A stretch of 64,000 bases of DNA from Eledone cirrhosa (taxonomy: Eukaryota): contig OZ024742.1 of assembly GCA_964016885.1 (NCBI GenBank), positions 37,386,001-37,450,000 on the forward strand, read 5' to 3'. Both the position numbers and the translations under genes were made by a program. The first letter of the stretch is position 1; each line of letters starts with the position of its first letter. The notes beneath the pieces are model-generated. The model ran no database searches and was not told the DNA's origin. It saw nothing but the letters and a program-made list of their open reading frames with translations. Positions 37,395-49,643 of this stretch are shown in pieces.

Positions 37395-39759
37395 AGAATA
37401 TTTTCGAAACAGCGAGTGGGTTTGAAATTATTAGAAATGTAAGCTATTGCCGTATTTTGACTAAAGAAATTAAAGAAATTATTTAGCCTGATAGTGGGGT
37501 TAAGAACCCTCGGAGAAATGGAAAAAGATGTGTTGGTGTAAATGGTATCACAGTGGTCCGGATAACCAAAGATGTGGGTTCGACTTCCATGTACGTCAAT
37601 ACTCATCTTTTTCCATTTCTCCGAGGGTTCTTAACCCCACTATCAGGCTAAATAATTTCTTTAATTTCTTTAGTCAAAATACTTACATTTCTAATAATTT
37701 CATATATATATAAAACATATATATAAATATATGTGCATGTCTGTACCTTTACAAGTTCCAAGAATTCACTGAGTAATTTAGTATAAATAGATTTATTAGG
37801 AAAAACTAGGTAAGAAGAGAGGGGAGATTTGAAGAAAGGTTTATTACATTATATTATTGTTTGCTTAAACCTTTAATCTATGCAAATAATAATTATTTGC
37901 TCTATGGGTTTATATATACTATATATATGATGATGATGATGATAATGATGCAACCCTTATCGAGTTCTCTCTGGATTTTTGTATTTATATTTATTATTAC
38001 TACTATATACATGCATATACATATATATAGAGAGAGATATACTCCATCATTGAATTTAATAAAAAAGTATATCATACACAAAATGCCAACATCAGCAGTT
38101 TTCCAAGAGAAGACAACATGAATGGACCTGTTATTTATCTCTAAAAACATTTTTTCCGATTCCACCCTGCCCGTTCCTTCAATCTTTCTAATTTCTCATT
38201 CTTTCTTCTGATGAAGGACTAGTGTCCGAAACATTAAGACCCTCTTCCTACTATTTAAAGCGTTAAATTCAAGTGTTATATTCCTTCTATATACTGTAGC
38301 GATTGTGTTGTTTTTTCTGTTTACCTTTTACATATATATATATATTTATATATATATATATGTAAATATAATGGAGGCATATGGCTTAGTGGTTAGAGCA
38401 TTGGGCTTGCAATCGAAAGGTTGTGAGTTCAATTCTCAGACCGGGTGATGTGTTGTTTCCTTGAGCAAGACACTTTATTTCACATTGCTCCAGTTTACTC
38501 AGCTGTAGAAATGAGATGATAGGGACTGGGGTCCATATCATTCCACTACAAAGTGGTCGTGGAGGTGCCACGGCAAAAAAGCACCCAGCACTCACTGTAA
38601 ATGAGGTTGGTGTTAGGAAGGGCATCCAGCTGTAGAAATCAAGCCAGAATCAGTTCCCGTCCCACCAAGCAGGGAAAAAGCGGACGTAAAATGAAATGAT
38701 GAAATGATGAAATGATATATATATATATATTTATTAAAATATCAGATTAAAGTTTAAGCAAAGAATAGGTGCTTTCACCCTTAACGGGATCTTCTGAAAC
38801 TAAAAAAGTTAATCTGTGAACGCAGAAGTAAATATTTCAAAAAATGTTGCAACCGAAGGAAGACAGGAAGACGATACTTTGGTTCGATGAAACGTTCCCT
38901 GGCAAAGAACAAAAAACAAAACAAAGATAATACGTCATTATTTGCGTGTAATTGTTCTCACCGCTCCACATAATGACGTATTATCTTCGTTTTTTCCATT
39001 CATTGCCAGAGACCGTCTCCATGAACCACCTAATAGAATATTAGTCTGCGACTTCATTTATACCATAAACGTGGTTTTATCTTTGCGTGTAATTGTTTTC
39101 ACCGCACCAAATAATGACGTATTATCTTCATTTTTTTTAGTTCTTTGCCAGGGAACGTTTCATCGAACCAAAGTATCGTCTTCCTGTCTTCCTTCGGTTG
39201 CAACGTTTTTTGAAATATTTACTTCTGTGTTCACAGATTGACTTTTTTAGTTTCAGAAGATCCCGTTAAGGGTGAAAGCAGCGATTCTTTGCTTAAACTT
39301 TAATCTGTTATTTTAATAAATATTTGCTCTACGGTTCTTATATATCTGATATATATTTATCCTGATCGAGCCCTCTTTGGATTTTAGTCTTCAAATTTAT
39401 TATTATTACTATATATATATATAAACATATATATATAAATATTTTTTTTTTTTAAATATATATATATAAAAACATATATATATATAAACATATATATATA
39501 AAAACATATATATATAAAAACATATATATATAAAACATATATATATATAAACATATATAAATATATATATATATATATGTATGAATGAAGTAATTTCGTC
39601 GGAAAAGTCTATGTAGGTAACAGGGCTTAATAGTTATGTAATAAACAACATAAGGCAATTATTCCATTTACCAGTGGTTTCTTAAAAGCAAAAAATTTTG
39701 CTTTCAAACATCATTTTTTTTTATATATAAAATATTTATTTTATAATATTTATGTTCTT

Positions 39760-39817
<58 letters not shown>

Positions 39818-40119
39818 AGTTATATTTGTATATGTATGTGTGTGTACGTATGTGTGTACGTATGTGTATGTATATATGTATGTGTAGGTATATATGTGTA
39901 TGTTAGTAAGTATGTATGTGTATGTGTATGTGTGTATATATATATATATATGTATATTTTAGAGTTAAATAAGGTTCATATGAATTATCTAAGAATGAGT
40001 TTTACACACACATATATATGTATATATATGTGTGTGCTTGTATTTGGTTGTGCGTGTTTGTGATATGTACGTATTTGTATGTGTATAATTGTATGGCTAT
40101 GTATGTATGTGTGTGTATG

Positions 40120-40176
<57 letters not shown>

Positions 40177-40603
40177 ATGTGTGTGTATATATGTATATGT
40201 GTGTGTGTGTGTATGTATTTGTGTATGCGTATGTATGTGTTTATGTATTTGTATATGTATATTTATGTGTGAGAGTGTGTGTATATATTTATTTTTACGT
40301 ATGTATGTGTACGTGCATTTGTGTGTATTGCTTACCACGTGTGTTTTTTCATTTATTTGTTGCCTGTATCGCTGTCAACTTTATTATTTTCTTTTTTGTC
40401 TTTTATTATTATATATATTTTTTCTTATATTTATTTGCGTGTGTGAATATGTAGAGGTGTGTGTATATTTTTCTAATTTTGTGTATGCATATGTATGCAT
40501 GTATATATGTGTGTATGTATGTACGTGTGTATATACGTATGATTGTGTGTATGTATGTATGTATGTATATGTATGTGTGTATGGCTTTGTATGTGTATGT
40601 GTA

Positions 40604-40647
<44 letters not shown>

Positions 40648-41317
40648 CATATGTGTATATATGTGTGTGGTTGTATATATGTATGTGTATGTATGGATAT
40701 GTTGATATTTATGTGTGTATGTATGTATGTGTATATGTATGTGTATGTATATATATACAGATATATATGTGTATATGTGTGTGTGTATGTATGTGTGTAT
40801 GTATATATATATATATATATAAGCCAGATCAGTTCCTGTATGAGCAAGGCATGGTCAGCCGACCAGACACTGCCCACAACAGGACAACCCGTCTAACCCA
40901 TGCTAGCGTGGAAGAACGGACGTAAAACGGTGATGATGATGATATATGTATATAATTGTGTGTGTGTGTGTGTGTTTGAATGTGTGTTTTTATTTTATTT
41001 TTCCTTTCCTTCTTCCTTCTCCAGCCTCACTTTCATATAGATTGCATTTTTGTTTTTAGAATCCAATATCAATAAATACACCAGGATTCTTTCATTCTGA
41101 TGATTGAAAGCAACATTTTTTGCTTTTAAGAAACCACTGGTAAATGGAATAATTACCTTATGTTGTTTATTACATAACTATATATATATATATAAACATA
41201 TATATATATATATATATAAACATATATATATATGTTTATATATATATATATAGTTATGTAATAAACAACATAAGGCAATTATTCCATTTACCAGTGGTTT
41301 CTTAAAAGCAAAAAATT

Positions 41318-41350
<33 letters not shown>

Positions 41351-44300
41351 ACCTTTATATTCTTGCAGGTGATTTTTGCAACAGTTGTCTCCTATTATTT
41401 GAATCTCCAAAAGAATAATAATTTTGTTGTTATAGGACATATTCCAAATGGGTATGGCTTTAATACTACTACTTCTACTATTCTTGCTACTACCACCACT
41501 AAAATAATAATAATGATTTTTTTATTGGCCACTTGGGCTGAAAGCAATGAGGACAATACAAGAAACAGGGACAGTGGGGATTTACATATAGATGTGTGAA
41601 GAAATGTCTACATTAGCAGCATTGTAGACAGTTGGAACCATCTGATGAAGTGTTTGAGGCTTTTGTACCCCCTGTTTTATCAGCTACCCTATACCAGTCT
41701 GAAAGCACCACTGTCACTACTGTTCATGTCCAGGGCCACCAACTTGCTGTCTAGATTCAGAAAGATTGGCTGTACCTCAATATCCAGTCATTTATAAAAC
41801 AGCACGTCTACAGGCTCCAACTATGAAATGTGCAGATCACAAATTTGTCGAAAATTGGGGCTAGTGATTTGGAAATCTTGGTTGCACTTATGGCTATCAA
41901 TTCTGTATTTAGTAATATGAGATCGTTGAGCAAGTGGCCTTCCTTCCAGAGTGCCCCAGGCCATGTGCATTTATGCATCCTACTTTTATAGTTGGCATGT
42001 TGGGCAGAAAATGGGAGGAGAAAAAATGGTGTGAGCTATTTATCCTCTTGGTGCTGTTGAAGATCAGGTAATTCAATCTCAATGTCTGTTTCCTTTAGGA
42101 AACCCTTTTGGAGCTGACTGATGGCTTTGACATTTGGGTTTCCAGTGCTATGTGGGAAACTCTCCCTTATAGTTTTATAGGTTGTCACACATAATCATAC
42201 CTTCATTAAACTTTGCACCACCTTGAAAGTGCTGGTGTTAAATATCTCCCTCTCTGATTCAATGTCTTCTCTTTGTGCTATGAGAGACATCAATTCTGTC
42301 TTTCTCGATAGCACAAAATTTTGCATAGGTGTGGTTTGTTATTGTGTTTGTGTGTTTGTGTGCTTGTGTTGTTTTATGTGTTTTCTTTTTGCTGTAGTAG
42401 TGGCAGATGTGTCTGTGTTTGGCGTGGGTTTTGGTGATGTTTTCTAGTGTTATGTTGAGATAAAGTGTTGTTTCTTTTGTGTCTTGGGGGGGGGGGGGTT
42501 ATTCTTCTCCCTTTTCACCATGCGATAAGGAGGTTTCCATGTTGGAAAAATTGGATTCAGAACTGGGTGGGATGCTTTTGCATATGTGTCTTGTTGATAT
42601 TGATGGTCTGCTTAATGTTTTTGGTTTTGGTGGTGCTGCAATTGGTGTTGTTGCTATTATTGTTGTCAGTGCTGTCGTTGGTATTGGTGCTGATGCTCTT
42701 ACTGTTGCAGTTGTAATTGTTGTACACTATTGTTGTTCTTGTTGTGGCCGCTGTGTCAGTAATAGCTGTGGCCTCATCTCTCATGTTTAGTTTTGGCCTA
42801 AAGCTCTTAGGTGGTTTGTGACTTTACATATATGACATTTGGGCTTTCTGATTTCCATTCCTACACATAACTCCACCCTGTTGGACAGATGGATAAGGTC
42901 TGGGATTTCTTTCTAGGTTTCCTAGCTTCACCTGAAGCAGGATCTTCAAGCTGATGCCAGACCAGTTCTAATGCATTGTCCTCCTCACATCCATGTCACC
43001 CTTCTTGGGGACAACATAGGTCAAGACCCACCAGATGTTGAAACCTAGTGGGACATCTAATATCCTTAGCCTGACTGTTCTCTTCAAGAGACATGTGAAG
43101 AAAAGAAGAAACATCTTGCTGCAACTGAGGCTCATGGAGTGTCGTTGCATGAGATCCTCACATTTGAAGAGGACCTTTATGCTTGCAAACTGACTTACTC
43201 TTGGTACATGATCCATGTTTGACCTTATTTCTGTCAAAGCCATCTCCATTCAAGGAGTTGATGCTGTTTCTAGGTGTTACATGTAGCAGTAAAAAACTGT
43301 TGATGCTGTTTCTGGGTGTTACATGTAGCAGTAAAAAACTGTTTTTTTTTATGTAGTTTCTATCCTTATCTCTGGTGGTACCATTACTATAGATTAGAGG
43401 GAACATTGGATAGGTATGGGCTATAACAACAACAACAATTCTGATATTCCTTAAGATATTACAATCTCTATATTACCTGCTTTAAGTAAACACTCTGTAG
43501 AAGTTCCAATTTTTTTTACTCGGATATTTTCTTTGTCATAGCTATAATTCTGCTTTTCTCCTGACTTTCAGTTTACCAATGCCAGCCTTACCAAACATAT
43601 CCTATGCCACAGACTACATTACACAGAGTGTTGTAATTGGTCTTGTGGCCTTTGCTCAGTCAATATCAGTTGCAGTTATAATCTCACGGAAAGAAGGTTA
43701 CAGCATTAATGCTAATAAGGTAAGCTGTTCTACCAGTCAAACACCAACAACATTGATACTAAACATTAAGGTTAGGTCTGAATTAAAGCAACTGAGCTAC
43801 AGAACAACTGGGGCTCCTGGAACCTGCTCACAAAAAAAGTAATGAAACTTAAAAGTATAATGTAGGTCTTACACAGAATGATACTAAGAAGTCAACATCA
43901 ATTCATGGCTATATCTTAATATATATTTAAAACAGGACTATAATGCTTTTGGATGCAGCCCATGTAGCCCATATGTAAATCTAGCACTGGTTATGGAGGT
44001 GTCAGAGCCTCTGAGAAAAAATATGCAAGGTCGAACATTTATATTGACTTATATTCAGGGTTAATATTTTGACAATTATCACCAACTTCAAATTCTACGT
44101 AAATAAGGTGCTAAAATATCTGGAGTCATTATTTCACAATGAAACAGTTTTTCTACATTTACTACATTGTCATGAGTTTTATTTATACATTGCCTGGAAA
44201 ACATTCCCAACAAATTTTTATTATTTTAACTTTTTAATACATAAATATCCCTTATGCATATCTGCATACACACATACACATACGTGCACCAACTGTTTTC

Positions 44301-47300
44301 TCTGTGACTTAATTATACTTTTTCTTTCAATCTTGTTCTATTTCACTTGTTATTTCTCTTTCCCTTCTCTCACTCTCTCTCGCTGTCTCTTTTTCTCACT
44401 TTGCCTCTCCTCTCTCACTTGCTGTCTCTTCCTCCCCCTTCTACTCTGAATCATTATACAGTGTTTTCTTAGTTGATCTCTTTCAACTATTCCCTATTCA
44501 TTTTGATCTCCCTCTAGTGTTTTTAACAATCTCCACAACAATTAAAGAAAATTCCCTTTTTTGTAAATAATACCTTAAACTAAAAATATATCTCCATTTC
44601 TTTATATTATATTAATGAGAATTTTCTCATGCTTTTTTATTTTCTAATTATAAAAAAATAAAATTTTCTAAAAATATGGGAGGGGATTGCCATGGCTTAT
44701 AAGCGAGGTTTGGATCTTGGTGATCAGGGTTATCTTGGATTTCTGAGGTTCCTTGATTATCCCTGTGTGGTACTTCTCCCTATTGGGAGATTGTTATTTC
44801 TTTACTATTACTTTTGTTACTTATTTTTTTCTGTTTACTTGTTTTATGTAAATCCCACAGTCCTTATTTATTTGTATTGTTCTTAATGCATTTGACCCCA
44901 CTGACAAATAAAAAAAAATCATTATTATTATTATTCCTTTTGTCACGCAGTGTAAATGGAAAATGCATGGGAGTATTTAGACATTTATCAAGTCACAACA
45001 AGGACTTCAGTCAGATAATACTTCTTTTAAAAGGTGTGCAGTGCCTTGCAAGGCTGATTTTTATATGACACCAATCTTGCATGATATTCCCAACCGTTTG
45101 GAGTTTCAATGGAATTGATCCTAATGCCCCGATCACAACTAGTATCACTTTCACATTACACTCGCACATTCCAAACAGTCTTGCCATCTCCACTTTCAAT
45201 TTGGAGTACTTGGTGATTTTTTCAACCTCTTTACTCACAATATTCATGTCATTTGGTATCACTACATCTATGATCTGACAGTATTTGTCTTTCTTGTTCA
45301 ATACAATGTCTATCACTCTAAAAATCATAATCCCAGATTATCGTAACTTTCCCATGCTCCTGCATTACTTTACAAGCCATATACTCATACCAATTCTCTA
45401 TTACTAATTTTGATGCCATGTTATTTTTCTTTAAATTTATCAAAACAAATGTTTTTGTGATTTCTGTCACTAAAGGTAGAAATAAAAAAAACCAACTGGC
45501 CCTCTTAAATGGGTTTAAACCTGTAAAAAGTGAGGTTAAAGGGACCCGAGCTATACGCATTTTTTTAAAGTTTTTTTATTGCATATCATCACTGCATTAC
45601 CGAGCACAGCTCTGTGTGCCTTGGGTATGTGCAGTGTGGTTTTTGTTGGTGGTGTTTCTATTGTATTGAGAGTACTCTTCTTAGTAAGTGCGCAGTGCCT
45701 AATAGTGCTATTCTTTGTATGCTGTATATATTTGTAAGTTCTGAGATTTTGGTTATGTATTTGTTTGTGTTGATTCTTGTTTGTGTTCATTTTCCTCACA
45801 ATTATCTGTCAATCTAGCTTTTGTTTTGAATTTATTGGTTTCCTTGAAGACAGAAAACATTTTTTTTGTTTTGTTCATGTTTTGTGGTTATATGTATTAA
45901 CTTTCCTTTGTTCTTTGTTAGATATTTTGTAGTCCTACTGTGGTTATTTTATAATAGTTTTCTATTTGCATGAGACCCCTTTCTCCTTGTGTCCGTGGTA
46001 GGTATAATCTTTATACATCTAATTTTGAGTGCTGTATTCTAAATGTAGTCCTTATTGTTCTTGTTTTTCTGTCTATTTCAGTTAGTTATTTTAGTGTCTA
46101 GTTCAGAATATTAAAGCTTACTACTGCGATTGCTAGGGTATTGATGCCTATTACCTTATTCTTTGCATTTAGTTCAGTTTTAAGTAGTAATCTAACCCAT
46201 CTATTGTATTCTTTGTTGTTGTTGTTCTAGTTCTTCTCCTCATCATCCTCATCATCATCATCATTGTCTGTTTTTTTGTTCATTCATATTTATTTTTCAG
46301 GAATTAATTGCATTTGGAGCTGTCAACACACTATGTCCAATATTTAGTTGCTTTACTGCAGCTGGTGCACTTTCTCGTTCAATTGTGCAGTTTTCTTGTG
46401 GAGGTAAATCGCAGGTAAGTAAAACTTACATCCACTTCAGCAACAATGGCAGATGTCTTATGGCATGACAAATATAGCAGAATAGAAGTCCAAAACATAT
46501 GTGTGTATGTATGCATGCATATGTGTGTATATATATGGTACCAGTGCTGAGATAAAAACACCAACATTCAGCATGGAGCATATAAAAAAATGGAAATAAC
46601 AGAAGTAAGCTTTGTTTTCTGTTCAAATTCTCTGCTGTTTGATGAGGTCATAGATGTTGCATAACGGTTATCACCGAAATATATATAACAGCGACTATGA
46701 ATAAATGAAGTTAATTTTGACCTGTTGACTTACACTTCTTGTTTTTAATATATATATATATATAGCAAGGGTAAAAATATGACTCTATTTCCATGTAGAG
46801 AGCTATATAGGAGAGTATATGATTGCCAAATAGTTTTATACAAAGCTCAATGTGTTTATGTATTTATATGTGGAAGATATGAGAGATATTCTTAAGGCAA
46901 AAGATACAGAAAGATAGAAGTAAACACAGAGCATATTATTGTACACAATTATACTCCATCTTCTTGAATTCTGCCTAACTGTATTAATTGGTAGTAATAC
47001 CAAAAAAATTGTAAAGCATTAAATGAGATAAGATCTTTATTCTATCATTCTCTTTTGTTATATCATCATCATTACTAATTAACGTCCATTTTCCACGCTA
47101 GCATGGGTTAAACAAGCTGTCCCAAGCCAGGCCATGTCATGCTCATAAAAAACTGATTTTGGCTTGGTTTCTACAGCTGGAAGCCCTTTATGACAACCAC
47201 ATTTACAGTGTGTACTGGATGCTTTTTGTCATGACACCTACATGACCACTTTTCAGTGTGGCTGGGCACTTTTTGTCGTGTCATCAACACGACCACTTTA

Positions 47301-49605
47301 CAGTGTGGACTTGGGTGGGAGAGGTGCATGGGGATTGGGGAGGTAGATCTAGGGGCATGGGTGAGAAGTGGGGGTGTTACGGCATGGGTGGGGTATGGAA
47401 AGGGTGATGGAGGGGAAGGTGGCACATAGATGTATGCCTCAAGCCATGCAGATAAGAAGGTAGGTCTTCTGTATTACTCCATAACACTGAAGATCATGGT
47501 TCTATGTCATCACTTTTGAGAGGTGAAATTGTGCAAGGTCAGCTTTTATCACCTCACCTCAAGTCTTCCTAGGTCTTCCATCAACTGAGAGCACTCTGCA
47601 AATTTTTTACAGTTGTCACCATTCATATCCATTCATATCCATTCATGTCCATACCAACACACTCTGCATCTGATCCCTCTTATGCCCAGTTTCTCTTTCA
47701 GTTCCTTTATGTTTTACTGTTCATGTATATTACTATTACACATCCATCGAAGCATGGAAGCTTCGTTTCTTTCCAATCTTTGCAGGTCTTTTGCTCACAG
47801 CGGCCAGGTCTCACTAGCATGTAACATTGCTGTTCGTATACATGCATCATACAATCTGTCCTTCAATTTGAGGGAAAACCCTTTTGTAGTTAACAACAGT
47901 TGTAGTTCCCTGAACTTTCTCCAATCCATTCACACTCTAGCTACTGTACTTTCAGAACACCTACATCCACTGCTAATTTGGTTACCCAGGTAACAGAAGC
48001 TGTCAACTGTTTCTATGGAACCTTCTGAGAATTTGATAGAGCTTTTTTCCCAGGTAACAGAAAGTATCTACTACTTCTACAGAGCCCTCTGGGCTTTTGA
48101 AAGAGCTAGTATTCTGTAGTCTCATGCTATTTACTGCACCTGTGTATCGGTCACATGTAAAACCTACTTTCTTTGCTTGCCTGCCTGAGATCCCACTACA
48201 TCTCTTGTGTACCCATAGTTTGCATTTGGGACATAGGATGGAATTTCTACCTACTCCTTTTCTGCACACTGAGCAAGGTCATTTCCCTGAGGGAATCTGG
48301 GCTCTGTTTTCCTTTCTACATACTAGAACTTTGGTCTTTGACAAGTTAACTTTAAGACCTTTTAATTCTAGGCCATGCTTCCAGGTTTCAAATTTCTTCA
48401 GTAATTCTGCCATAGATTTAGCTATGGGTTAGGTAATCTGCACAGAGAAGTTCCCAAGTTAACCAGTCTTAAGCTCCTCTCTTATAGCCTGCAAGACAAT
48501 AATAAACAGGAGAGAGCCAAGAGCTGAGCTCTGATAGACACCAACCTGCACACTAAATTCTTCGCTATAGTCATTGTTAATCTGGCTTTCTGACTGTTCC
48601 TCTATACCTGGCTTGTATAGCATTCACAAGCCACTCGTCTATTCCTAATTTTCCAAATAATAGAATGGGCAACTCTGTCAAAAGCTTTCTCAAGGTCAAC
48701 AAATGCTAAGTAAAGGGGTTTACTTTTAGCTAGGTTCTTCTCCTGCAGTTGTCTTACAAAAAAGAGGGCATCTGTGGTACTTTTACCTGCTACAAATCCA
48801 AACTGCATCTCATTTAGGTTAACTCGGTCCCTAATCAGCTGTGCTATAACTCTTTCTGTGACCTTTATAACCAACTTAATGCCTCTATAGTTTTTTTTCT
48901 GTCTTGAACATCTCCTTTGCCCTTGTAGCAGTTTTTAACGATGCTGCTATGATAATAATTGGGCATGATACCATTTTGTAATACTTGATTTACAACATGG
49001 GTGACTATGGTGTGACACACCATTCCAGATGCTTTCTGCATCTTAGCAGCTATTCCTGTCTTCATATCTCCTGATTGCCTTACTTACTACTGCTGAATTG
49101 TACAGCAGGTCTCTCTGTTGGGTCAACTTTGGGCAACTACCTTCTTCCCATGCATTCTCCTCATTCAGTAATCTTTCATAATGGTGCTTCCACGCTACTT
49201 TCTTTTAAGCGTCATTGAGGACAAGTTCAACATTATCATTTCTGACACACTTCTCCCCATCGACATCACAATTTTCCCTGACACACAGCCTTGCAATCCT
49301 GAACACCTCACACCTTTGGTCATCACGCTGCAAAACATTTTGAAATTTTTTATTTTCTGCTTCCCTCCTTGCAAAGTATATTTATTGCCTAGCTTCTCTC
49401 TTAGCATTCTGGTAGGCTCCTCAACTTCCCCCATTCTGCCATTCTTTCCATGCCTGTCTTTTGGCCTTAATTATTTCATCTACCCTAGTCATCCACCACC
49501 AAGTCACTCACCTTTTCCCTAGAGATTTACTCCAACCACAGATTTCATTTGTTGTCTTCAGTAAGTTATCTTTTGGGAACTCCCACTGCTCCTCTATATC
49601 ATATG

Positions 49606-49643
<38 letters not shown>

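Noticed and set aside
38373-38445. tRNA gene candidates at SINE heads (also 26420, 26790, 63808)
   Set aside because: There is no acceptor stem, and they run directly into a SINE body.
41090-41135. CTGATGA-TT-GAAAGCAA hammerhead-like core
   Set aside because: There is no stem II and no stem I pairing.
42465-42790. Hydrophobic V/L-rich and T/N-rich ORFs
   Set aside because: This is low-complexity (TTG/GTT)n-like sequence within a degraded LINE ORF1 region.
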